A DNA stretch of 64,000 nt from Prolixibacteraceae bacterium (GTDB lineage: Bacteria; Bacteroidota; Bacteroidia; Bacteroidales; Prolixibacteraceae): NCBI GenBank assembly GCA_019163175.1, contig JAFLKN010000021.1:161-64160 (forward strand). The letters are read 5' to 3'. The notes under the pieces were generated by a model. The model was not told the DNA's origin. It saw nothing but the letters and a program-made list of their open reading frames with translations, and made no database searches. Below are positions 49,629-58,452 of the stretch, piece after piece. The position numbers and the translations under genes were made by a program. Within the stretch, counting starts at the first letter, position 1; the number at the start of each line of letters is the position of its first letter.

Positions 49629-51290
49629 ATGATACTCGATAAATTTCTTTCGCAATCAGAATTTACTTCCTATCAGGATTTTGCTGATAATTTTAAGATA
49701 CAGATACCCGAAAATTTCAATTTTGCATTTGATGTGGTTGACGAAATAGCAAGTCGAACTCCTGAAAAAGTGGCTATGGTTTGGTGCAACGACAATGGAG
49801 AAGAGGCCATTTTTACTTTTGGCCAGATGAAAACCTACAGCGATAAGGCCGCCAATTTTTTCAGATCAGCCGGAATCGGGAAAGGTGATCCGGTTATGCT
49901 GATTTTAAAACGACGTTTCGAATTTTGGTTTTGCACTTTGGCGCTCAATAAAATAGGAGCTATAACAATTCCGGCAACTCATTTGCTTAGTACCAAAGAC
50001 ATTGTTTACCGCAACAATGCAGCCGATATAAAGATGATTGTTTGCGTTCCTGAAGCTGAAGTTATCCAGCATGTGGAAGAAGCTGAGCCGAAATCGCCAA
50101 CGTTCAAAGTGAAGGCTTTAATTGGCGAAGAACGTCCCGGTTGGCTCAATTTTAACTCCGGAATGGAAAGTAGTCCTGAAGAATTTATTCGTCCTGCGGG
50201 AGAAGCTTCCACAAAAAATGAAGATATCATGCTTCTTTATTTTACTTCAGGAACGACAGGAATGCCCAAAATGGTGAATCACAATTATATTTATCCGCTT
50301 GGGCATATTCTTACCGCCAGGTATTGGCAGAATGTTCAGGATAATGGCTTGCATTTTACGGTTGCTGACACGGGATGGGCGAAATCTGCCTGGGGAAAAT
50401 TATACGGACAATGGTTGTCGGGCAGCGCTGTAATGACCTACGATCTGGATAAATTTGTACCGAAAAACCTCATGCAGGTTATCGAAAAATATAAGGTTAC
50501 AACATTTTGTGCGCCACCAACCATCTATCGGTTTCTCATCAAAGAAGACCTAACTAAATTCGATTTAAGCGCCCTTAAATACTGTGTTGTGGCAGGTGAA
50601 CCACTTAATCCTGAAGTATATAGACAATTTTTAGAGGCAACTGGCATAAAACTCATGGAAGGCTACGGCCAGACCGAATGTACTGTGGCCTTGGCTACTT
50701 ATTCGTGGATGGAACCCAAGCCGGGCTCAATGGGCAAACCATCGCCGGGTTACCGCATTGATCTGGTTGATGATGATGGAAATTCGTGTGAAATAGGAGA
50801 GGAGGGGCAAATCGTCATTTATACCGATCAAAGTAGGCCGGTAGGAATGTTTAATGGCTATTACCGCGATGAAAGACTCACCCAAAAGGTTTGGCACGAT
50901 GATATTTATTACACCGGGGATATGGCCTGGCGCGACGAGGATGGTTATTACTGGTTTGTTGGCCGCGCCGATGATGTTATAAAAAGCTCTGGATACCGGA
51001 TTGGTCCATTTGAAGTGGAAAGTGCACTGATGGAACATCCTGCGGTTATGGAATGTGCCATTACTGCTGTTCCTGATCCTGATCGTGGTCAGGTTGTGAA
51101 AGCAACCATTATACTCTCCAAAAATTATCAGGCCAGCGACGAATTGGCGAAAGAGCTTCAGGAGCATGTGAAGAAGGTAACTGCGCCCTATAAATATCCG
51201 CGTATAGTTGAGTTTGTTAGTGAACTTCCGAAAACCATTAGTGGAAAAATACGACGGGTTCAGATCAGGGAAGAAGGCGGGAAGGAATAA
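49629..51290 (+). CDS. Acyl-CoA synthetase (AMP-forming, acetate/medium-chain type)
   Basis: [60 protein letters not shown]. Confidence 0.92.
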   Translation: MILDKFLSQSEFTSYQDFADNFKIQIPENFNFAFDVVDEIASRTPEKVAMVWCNDNGEEAIFTFGQMKTYSDKAANFFRSAGIGKGDPVMLILKRRFEFWFCTLALNKIGAITIPATHLLSTKDIVYRNNAADIKMIVCVPEAEVIQHVEEAEPKSPTFKVKALIGEERPGWLNFNSGMESSPEEFIRPAGEASTKNEDIMLLYFTSGTTGMPKMVNHNYIYPLGHILTARYWQNVQDNGLHFTVADTGWAKSAWGKLYGQWLSGSAVMTYDLDKFVPKNLMQVIEKYKVTTFCAPPTIYRFLIKEDLTKFDLSALKYCVVAGEPLNPEVYRQFLEATGIKLMEGYGQTECTVALATYSWMEPKPGSMGKPSPGYRIDLVDDDGNSCEIGEEGQIVIYTDQSRPVGMFNGYYRDERLTQKVWHDDIYYTGDMAWRDEDGYYWFVGRADDVIKSSGYRIGPFEVESALMEHPAVMECAITAVPDPDRGQVVKATIILSKNYQASDELAKELQEHVKKVTAPYKYPRIVEFVSELPKTISGKIRRVQIREEGGKE

Positions 51291-51299
51291 AGTGGGCAA

Positions 51300-51356
51300 T
51301 GTTCAGTCGCAGTGTTCAGAAATACAAGCACTGAGACTGGAAACTGCGACTGAACA
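51300..51356. repeat. 14-bp inverted repeat, REP-like or terminator
   Basis: TGTTCAGTCGCAGT-N29-ACTGCGACTGAACA with internal CAG/CTG submotifs. Confidence 0.65.
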
Positions 51357-51396
51357 CTTTTTAAACTACCTTTGTGGCTCATAAAATTATAGAATA

Positions 51397-52740
51397 GTGA
51401 CTTTTCTCGAATTAAATTTAAATACTCCAATACTGAATGCTTTGAACGATCTGGGTTTCGTGAATCCAACACCCATTCAGGAAAAAGTGTATCCGGTGGT
51501 GATGTCGGGCCGCGATGCTGTTGGAATTGCACAGACCGGAACCGGAAAAACCTTTGCCTATTTGGTGCCTATTTTGCGCCAGTTGAAGTATTCGGAACAA
51601 AAGCACCCGCGAATTTTAGTTGTTGTACCCACCCGCGAATTGGTTTTGCAAGTCGTGGGCGAGGCCGAAAAGTTGGCAAAATACATGAATCTGAGAGTGA
51701 TTGGCGTGTATGGTGGAACCAATATCAATACTCAGAGACAGGTTGTTTACAATGGAATGGATATTTTGGTGGCCACTCCCGGACGATTGGTTGATTTGGT
51801 AATGACAGGCGTGTTGCGTCTGAAATCTATACAGAAATTGGTTATTGACGAAGTTGATGAAATGCTGAATCTCGGTTTCCGCCCGCAGCTAATGAGCTTT
51901 ATGGATAGTTTGCCCGTTCGCAGGCAAAACCTCATGTTTTCGGCAACTTTAACTGATGAAGTGAGAGCTTTGATTGACAGCTATTTTTATGAACCAATAA
52001 CCATTGAGATTGAAAATCAGCGAACTCCACTGGAGCAGATTGCACAGTATTATTTTGCCGTTCCAAATTTTTATACCAAAATAAATCTGCTCGAAAGTTT
52101 GCTTTCAAATACCGATGAATTTGCCCGTGTGTTGATTTTTGCAACCAGCAAGCAGCTTGCCGACCGGATTTCGGAGCTGATTGAGCCTATCTTTCCGGAG
52201 CAGATTGGTGTTCTTCATTCCAATAAATCGCAAAATTACCGTATCAATTCTCTTGAACGCTTTAAAAACGGTACAAACCGAATTCTGATAGCCACCGATG
52301 TTGCTTCAAGAGGTTTAGATATTGTCGATATTTCGCATGTCATAAATTTTGATGTCCCTGATGTGCCAGAAGATTATATCCATCGTATTGGGCGTACCGG
52401 AAGGGCAGAAAAGACTGGCATTTCGATAACTTTTGTGAACGAACCTGAAATGAAATTTTTATCGGAAATAGAGAAATTCATGAACAGGGACATGGAAGAG
52501 AAACCACTTCCGGAAGGCTTGAAAATCTCAAATGTTTTTACTGACGAGGAAAGGCCTGTGTTGTTCGATAAAGATTATATCGGGAAACCAAAAGGGATTG
52601 CCGAATCTCAGGGTGCTTTTCATGAGAAAAAAGAAAAAAACAAAAAGGTAAATTTGGGTGGTCCCGGTGAACGGAAACCTCGAAAAGATAAACCCGAAAA
52701 CCGCGGTGTACTAAGAAAAAGAGCTGCAAAAAAGAAATAG
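51397..52740 (+). CDS. DEAD-box RNA helicase
   Basis: Q-motif, AQTGTGKT, PTREL, ATPGRL, DEVD, SAT, TDVASRGLD, YIHRIGRTGRA; basic C-terminal tail. GTG start. Confidence 0.95.
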   Translation: MTFLELNLNTPILNALNDLGFVNPTPIQEKVYPVVMSGRDAVGIAQTGTGKTFAYLVPILRQLKYSEQKHPRILVVVPTRELVLQVVGEAEKLAKYMNLRVIGVYGGTNINTQRQVVYNGMDILVATPGRLVDLVMTGVLRLKSIQKLVIDEVDEMLNLGFRPQLMSFMDSLPVRRQNLMFSATLTDEVRALIDSYFYEPITIEIENQRTPLEQIAQYYFAVPNFYTKINLLESLLSNTDEFARVLIFATSKQLADRISELIEPIFPEQIGVLHSNKSQNYRINSLERFKNGTNRILIATDVASRGLDIVDISHVINFDVPDVPEDYIHRIGRTGRAEKTGISITFVNEPEMKFLSEIEKFMNRDMEEKPLPEGLKISNVFTDEERPVLFDKDYIGKPKGIAESQGAFHEKKEKNKKVNLGGPGERKPRKDKPENRGVLRKRAAKKK

Positions 52741-52760
52741 TCGAATTCAACCGGTCTGTA

Positions 52761-53891
52761 TCAAAGTTTTTGGCCTTCTTCAATTAATCGAATTATTTTC
52801 ATTGCATTACGGTGGTTTGAAAAAGCATCTTCCAGAATTAATTTACGCATTTCAATTTCTTCAGATGTAAAATCCTGATCAAATAATAGGTTGATTAAGC
52901 TGATTATTTCTTCGGGTGTGTCAGCCTGATGGCAAAGGTGTTCCAGACCAGTTTTGTGGATCATCGGACCATTGGCTATACAAAAACGACCAGAAAAAAG
53001 CGAGGCGAGCAGTTTTAACTTTAGCCCGGTATCCTGAAATGTCGATATCAAACAAATGTGTGCATTTTGAATAATGCCTTCCATTTGCTCATTCTCTGGA
53101 TTAGAAATTAACTGAATATTGGGATACTGCTTAATTTTTTGAATTAATCGTTCTGATGGATTTTTCCCGGCGATTATAACATCCTGTTTAATTTTTGAGA
53201 AAACATTTTTAATGAGGTAATCAACTGCCTGAATGTTCTCCGAAACCGAAAGATTTCCATGAAACAGGATGTATTTGCCTTTGCCTTCAACAGATTTAAT
53301 CTCGTTGAACGGATGAAATGCCGGAATAAAAAGTGAATGACCGTACAAATGGTCAAAATAGAAGTTGTCGTTTGGCGAAATGCACAGCAATTGAGAGGCC
53401 TTTTTTATAACTTTTTCATACCGTTTCAGCTTGCACGATTCAGCACGGAAGAATATTTTTTTGAACAGATTTTGCTCTGATCGGGCTAAATTCAGGTAAT
53501 ATTCATGCTCTACATTGTGCGTTCTGACCAAGCGAAGATGCTTACTCAACATAGGATTTTCAAGATACAGGCAAGTATGCAATCCTTCAAATAAAATGGG
53601 CGATCTATTTAGTGACAAATTATTTAATAACTGACTATTATCCCTAGTTACTACAATGTATGGTTTAGTTGATAGCAAATAGCGAATGCCGGACTTTCTG
53701 GAATAGTAAAAAACCTTCGCACAATATTTTTCAAGCTCAGTGGCCTTCGGACGATCGTATTCAAAACAATGGAGGAAAACAGAAACGCCACATTCTGAAA
53801 GCGCTTTCACTTTATAGAATATATCGATTATTCCACCATAATCGGGTGGATAAGGAATATTAAATGCAACCAGTTGTAGTGCTGTTTCCAC
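52761..53891 (-). CDS. Glycosyltransferase (GT-B, family 4-like)
   Basis: PYPPDYGGIIDIFYK, RTHNVEHEYY, TGLKLKLLASL; Bacteroidota mannosyltransferase-like pattern. Confidence 0.75.
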   Translation of the reverse strand: METALQLVAFNIPYPPDYGGIIDIFYKVKALSECGVSVFLHCFEYDRPKATELEKYCAKVFYYSRKSGIRYLLSTKPYIVVTRDNSQLLNNLSLNRSPILFEGLHTCLYLENPMLSKHLRLVRTHNVEHEYYLNLARSEQNLFKKIFFRAESCKLKRYEKVIKKASQLLCISPNDNFYFDHLYGHSLFIPAFHPFNEIKSVEGKGKYILFHGNLSVSENIQAVDYLIKNVFSKIKQDVIIAGKNPSERLIQKIKQYPNIQLISNPENEQMEGIIQNAHICLISTFQDTGLKLKLLASLFSGRFCIANGPMIHKTGLEHLCHQADTPEEIISLINLLFDQDFTSEEIEMRKLILEDAFSNHRNAMKIIRLIEEGQKL

Positions 53892-53921
53892 AGTCGAAAT
53901 TTTATTCTAAATATAAAAAAT

Positions 53922-53956
53922 AAAAAACCACGAACCGGTTAACAGTTCGTGGTTTT
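53922..53956 (-). terminator. Rho-independent terminator of the ECF operon
   Basis: AAAACCACGAAC-N9-GTTCGTGGTTTT with a T-run on the minus strand. Confidence 0.75.
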
Positions 53957-53978
53957 CTTGAATTTTAAGTCAAAGCAA

Positions 53979-55016
53979 TTATTCAAATAGTTTGACGCCC
54001 CCGTAGCGACTTGTAATTGAAACCTCAGCAGTTCCGTTTCCAACATTACCGTCGAGTGTAAAACGGTGGTTATCCCTTATTTTATTGCCTTTGTAGCGAT
54101 CTTCCGGGTAGTTTACGTCGCAATAATCGCATTCTGCTTTAAGCTTGTAACTCAACTCATTCAAGCCAATATTGATACCACCATAGCTATTAATAATACG
54201 GATCTTATTAAATTTTGCACCCACTTTTGCAATCCGAACAGAACCATAACCTGTATCAAGGTCAATACTTTCAGTCAGCAAACCGATTTTGTAGTTGGTG
54301 TATTTCGAAATGGATTTCAGGCTACCAATTTCATCAATTGAAAAGCCATCATATTTCGAATCTAATGTCAAGTGGCCTGTTTTGTGGATATTAACCGTTG
54401 AATATTTAGTATCAAGAACTAAATTATTGATCTCATCAGCATATAATTTGGAGTATTTGAACTCTAAATCAGCATCATTTATGGTCTCCAGATCAGCTTT
54501 TCCATAGTTTACAATGATTTGTACCGGATTTCCTGCTGGTGCTTTCATTTTACCAGCAGTCATCGATCCGTAATTCACTTCGAAGTAACCTTTGGCCTCC
54601 AATTCGTTTACAATTACATTTCCATACCTATTGGTAATGTTCAGCTCACGGTCTTTGGGGATATTTACCAAGTAATTTATTGAGAACGATTGCTTGCTTC
54701 GGAAGTTATCCTCGATTTCTGTTTCTGCGGTAACCAATCCGCCGCTTTTATCAAAAGTGATTCTTATTTTATCGAGCAATTCTTTGGCCCTGCTCGATGA
54801 CGGATTGTCTATCGTAATTATTACTTTAATGGTAACCGAGTCGCCACCTGTATCGTTAATTTTCACTTCGCCAAATTTGTTGGTTATTTTCAAGGCGGTA
54901 ACGCTGCTTTTTGTCCAACCCTTTCGGTATTGCTTGGTATAATCAGCTCCAACAGCACTGGCAAGCATGGTCGAAAAGATCAGCAGAGCGATTGTAAGGT
55001 TAAATTTTGATTTCAT
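53979..55016 (-). CDS. DUF4097/adhesin-like beta-strand repeat exported protein
   Basis: Signal peptide; repeated I.N(K/R)(F/Y)G.V and SKY/FKYS beta-helix units. Confidence 0.7.
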   Translation of the reverse strand: MKSKFNLTIALLIFSTMLASAVGADYTKQYRKGWTKSSVTALKITNKFGEVKINDTGGDSVTIKVIITIDNPSSSRAKELLDKIRITFDKSGGLVTAETEIEDNFRSKQSFSINYLVNIPKDRELNITNRYGNVIVNELEAKGYFEVNYGSMTAGKMKAPAGNPVQIIVNYGKADLETINDADLEFKYSKLYADEINNLVLDTKYSTVNIHKTGHLTLDSKYDGFSIDEIGSLKSISKYTNYKIGLLTESIDLDTGYGSVRIAKVGAKFNKIRIINSYGGINIGLNELSYKLKAECDYCDVNYPEDRYKGNKIRDNHRFTLDGNVGNGTAEVSITSRYGGVKLFE

Positions 55017-55100
55017 TTCGAATATAAATTAGTTGATTAATTTGAAAATTTATGCGTTCTCATGTATCTCGCATTTTGAATTTTAGTTTCAAAATGGGTT

Positions 55101-55673
55101 TTATAGGAAAATGCTCGATTCATCGTTTTGGTATTTTTGTTGTTTTACTTCCTGTAATTTGTTAATAATCATCGTTATGACATTCATTCGAGCCTGATAA
55201 TAATCGAGCATAGCATTGATGACTCTTTCATCATCCGGATTTGCTTTCAGGTCTTCCTGAAGTTTTTGATACATCTGATCAAACTCCTGCTGCTCTTTTT
55301 GCATCATTTGTTGTTCTGAATCTGAGATAAAACCTTCATCTTTAAGTTTATCCCATTGGCTCATTCCAACCTGAATGGCATTGGTGTAATAGAATTCAAC
55401 TTCACGATATTCGGGCGAAATTGATCCGAGAGAGAGCGTTTCTTTCTTTTCAGGAATTAAGTATATGCGTGCCTGATTCACCACTAAAAGAGCAAATACA
55501 ACCAAAGCTGCAATTTTCAGAAATGGTTGAAAATTGATTTTTCTGCCTGGTTTTGCAGCTTTGTGAAGGCGTGCTTCAAATCGCTCAAAGTGTCCTTCGA
55601 GTGGTTCTTCTTCCTGAAAAGAAGATTGGTTATTTAAGATTAATCTTTCTAATTGGTCTTTCATGACAGTCAT
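55101..55673 (-). CDS. Putative anti-sigma factor (single TM)
   Basis: EEEPLEGHFERFEARL cytoplasmic motif, central TM, helical C-terminus; directly follows the ECF sigma gene. Confidence 0.65.
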   Translation of the reverse strand: MTVMKDQLERLILNNQSSFQEEEPLEGHFERFEARLHKAAKPGRKINFQPFLKIAALVVFALLVVNQARIYLIPEKKETLSLGSISPEYREVEFYYTNAIQVGMSQWDKLKDEGFISDSEQQMMQKEQQEFDQMYQKLQEDLKANPDDERVINAMLDYYQARMNVITMIINKLQEVKQQKYQNDESSIFL

Positions 55674-55675
55674 TT

Positions 55676-56230
55676 TTAGTTGTATTCAAACAATTCTTCC
55701 TTGTGCAGCATCTCCCGAAGTTTCAGTTTGGCTCGTAAATATTGCGATCGCGATGATACGTTTGTAATTCCAAGTATTTGCGAAATCTCCTCATGATCAT
55801 ATCCTTCCAGCAAATAGAGGCTTAAAACAACACGGTATCCATCGGGCAAGCGCTGAATCGCTTTCTTCAATTGTTCCATCTGAATCTCCGAAATTTCAAG
55901 TTTAGGCGGTTCTTCATCCGGAATCTTTTCATTCAGTTCTTCAAACTTCACTTTTCTTTTTTTTAGCTGATCCAATGAACGGTTGATCACAATTTTTTTC
56001 AGCCAGGCTCCAAAACTTACAACTCCTTCGTAGGTGTCTATTTTGGTAAACGCTTTCAGAAAGGCTTCCTGCATCACATCTTCAGCTTCCACTTCGTTGC
56101 CCAGCATGCGCAGACAAACGCTGTACATAGGCTTATAATACAATTTGTAAAGCTCAAATTGTGCTTTGGAGTCGCCTTTCCGACACCTTTCAACCACGTC
56201 GTGATGAATATTTTGATACTGCGCTTCCAA
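55676..56230 (-). CDS. ECF sigma-70 factor
   Basis: AEDVMQEAFLKAF, FGAWLKKIVINRSLD, LPDGYRVVLSLYLLEGYDHEEISQILGI; TTG start. Confidence 0.93.
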   Translation of the reverse strand: MEAQYQNIHHDVVERCRKGDSKAQFELYKLYYKPMYSVCLRMLGNEVEAEDVMQEAFLKAFTKIDTYEGVVSFGAWLKKIVINRSLDQLKKRKVKFEELNEKIPDEEPPKLEISEIQMEQLKKAIQRLPDGYRVVLSLYLLEGYDHEEISQILGITNVSSRSQYLRAKLKLREMLHKEELFEYN

Positions 56231-56255
56231 GTAATTTATTGTTTTCTGATTGAAG

Positions 56256-56282
56256 GACGAATGTGTATCTGCGAATGTTGCA
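56256..56282 (-). promoter_or_regulatory. Candidate autoregulatory ECF promoter TGCAAC-N17-CGTC
   Basis: AAC-containing -35 and CGT-containing -10 with 17-nt spacing, 25 nt upstream of the sigma gene. Confidence 0.55.
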
Positions 56283-56355
56283 TGGACTAAGAAAATAATC
56301 CCAAACTCGTCAAAAATCGATTGGAGAATTCAAACGGTAAGAGTGGAGTTGATGT

Positions 56356-57030
56356 TTAATTGCTTGATTTATTGATGTATGTAATTGTATTAGCCAATTC
56401 TGTCTCATTACGGAAATTTATTTTCGTTTTCTGAATGTATGATGTAATCTCAGATGAAATGGGCTGAAGAATTTTAATTAGTTCTTTTTTTGAGTGAATC
56501 TCGTGTGCCATTCCATTTTTGTAGCGCAAATAAAAGCCAGATTGAAGTTCTTCAAACATTGGCGATTTATTTGATTTGGGTTCACCGGGATTATAAACTG
56601 TATTGTACTTTTTGAGTAACTGATATTTTCCATCGACTAACAATTGAAAATAGGAAAGCCGAATTTTTCTGGAGTCGGTATAAGAAGCGTAAACGAAAGT
56701 CCTATGAGCAAGTATAATTTTGCTAATCGATGAAGGATCAGCGATATATAAAACGATTTCCTTTTGTTTAAATTCCATTGAATTCTTATAAACATTGTAC
56801 CGCAAAAGAAAATCTCTAATCTCAATTCCGTCGTTTTTAATGATTACCGCAGGCTTAAATTCTTTTTCCAGAAACGGATTTCCTTCAATTTGCTCATAGT
56901 CAATTCCTTTTACTTGATCATTAAATTTATCCTGATTTAGTTTAGCAACCGCATTACTAATGTCTGTTCTATACTGGCCGAAACTACTCAAGGATAAAAT
57001 GATTAAAGGGAAAAGTAAAAACAACCGCAT
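56356..57030 (-). CDS. Hypothetical exported protein
   Basis: Signal peptide MRLFLLFPLIILSLSSFG; IEGNPFL...LRYNVY...F pattern common in Bacteroidota hypotheticals. ATG at 57030 avoids overlap with the CDF gene. Confidence 0.7.
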   Translation of the reverse strand: MRLFLLFPLIILSLSSFGQYRTDISNAVAKLNQDKFNDQVKGIDYEQIEGNPFLEKEFKPAVIIKNDGIEIRDFLLRYNVYKNSMEFKQKEIVLYIADPSSISKIILAHRTFVYASYTDSRKIRLSYFQLLVDGKYQLLKKYNTVYNPGEPKSNKSPMFEELQSGFYLRYKNGMAHEIHSKKELIKILQPISSEITSYIQKTKINFRNETELANTITYINKSSN

Positions 57031-57104
57031 AAAAGTTACTTTTGGTAAAAGTTTGCTACTCCGAAACCACCCCGTTCTTCGATTGTTAAAAATACAAAAA
57101 ACAG

Positions 57105-57983
57105 ATGTCACATCAGCACGAACATACCGGAAGAAATCTGGCCATCACGGTTATTTTAAACGGAATAATTACAATCAGTCAATTTGTAGGTGGAATTATC
57201 TCAGGAAGTCTGGCATTGATCTCAGATGCCATACACAACCTGAGCGATGTTGTATCAGTAATATTGGCTTATGTGGCTCATCGGATAGGACTTAGGCCGC
57301 AATCTCAGAAATCAACATTTGGATATAAACGAGCCGAAATTTTAGCCGCATTCATCAACGCCATTTCGCTGATTGCCATTTCTGTGTATTTAATTGTTGA
57401 AGCCGGGAAACGGTTTTTGAATCCAAAGGAGGTTGATTACATCTGGATGTTGGGTTTAGGCATTCTTGGTTTTTTGGTCAATGGACTTTCGGTTTTTATC
57501 TTACACGATAATAAGGAAGAAAATCTGAACATCAGGGCCGCTTATTTGCATCTGATTGGTGATGCGCTGACCTCACTTGCCGTTATTGCCGGCGCAGCTT
57601 GCATTTGGCTTTTTCAGGTTTATTGGATAGATCCGTTGGTTACAATTCTGATCAGCATTTATATTTTAGTTCATACTTTCAAAATTCTGAAAGAAAGTGT
57701 GGGCATTTTAATGCAGTTTGCCCCAGCGGAGATTGATCAAAAGGAGCTTATTGCAGTGCTTCAGGATATCCCTGAAATCAAAAGCGTACATCATGTCCAT
57801 TTGTGGCAATTAGCCGATCATCAGGTATACTTTGAAGCGCATCTGGTTTTATGTGAAAACTTGCCGGTTTCCGAATCACATGCTATTACGCAAAAAGCAA
57901 AGCAGCTGTTGAGCAGCCGCTTTGGTATCTATCATACTACATTTCAATACGAATATTCTTTATGTGAGAATTGTGTTTGCTAA
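57105..57983 (+). CDS. Cation diffusion facilitator (CzcD/ZitB-like)
   Basis: His-rich N-terminus, SLALISDAIHNLSD, TFGYKRAEILAA, NIRAAYLHLIGD, VHHVHLW. Confidence 0.92.
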   Translation: MSHQHEHTGRNLAITVILNGIITISQFVGGIISGSLALISDAIHNLSDVVSVILAYVAHRIGLRPQSQKSTFGYKRAEILAAFINAISLIAISVYLIVEAGKRFLNPKEVDYIWMLGLGILGFLVNGLSVFILHDNKEENLNIRAAYLHLIGDALTSLAVIAGAACIWLFQVYWIDPLVTILISIYILVHTFKILKESVGILMQFAPAEIDQKELIAVLQDIPEIKSVHHVHLWQLADHQVYFEAHLVLCENLPVSESHAITQKAKQLLSSRFGIYHTTFQYEYSLCENCVC

Positions 57984-58452
57984 GTTAGAAGCAATAAATA
58001 CTCTCCTTTTATTAAACTATTGTTCATTTATCGCACCGTTTATTGTTACTAAATTGTTAAGTGAGAGGTCTGATAAATTAGTTTCTTGCTTTTAAATTCT
58101 GCTTGTCATAAATTTATATGTTGCTTAATTATATGTGACTTTTTAATAGTCATGTTTTGTTTGCATATATCAAGTTTTCATATCAAATCTGGATTTTCTT
58201 AATTTTTCTGAAAAGATAAATACTCACTTAACGAATAAATTTTTGATTCGTTAAGGCTTTATCTTATTTCTTGTGGGTGCTTTTCGGCTCATCATAACTT
58301 TTTTATTCTGACAATAAAGTTAGCTAAAACCTGCCCATTGCAAACAATTTGATTATTCAGTAAAAAATGACACGACACTTGCTGACCTAACATAAGAAAT
58401 GAGAAAATGCTGAAATGCTTTTGAGTTAATCATGGATGATAATCTTATTGTG

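Noticed and set aside
56356-57111. Longer start at 57111 overlapping the CDF gene
   Set aside because: The signal peptide begins at the ATG at 57030; the extension is implausible.
57984-58431. Possible gene or ncRNA in the 450-bp gap
   Set aside because: Very AT-rich, no ORF of useful length and no convincing stems; treated as a regulatory or boundary region.
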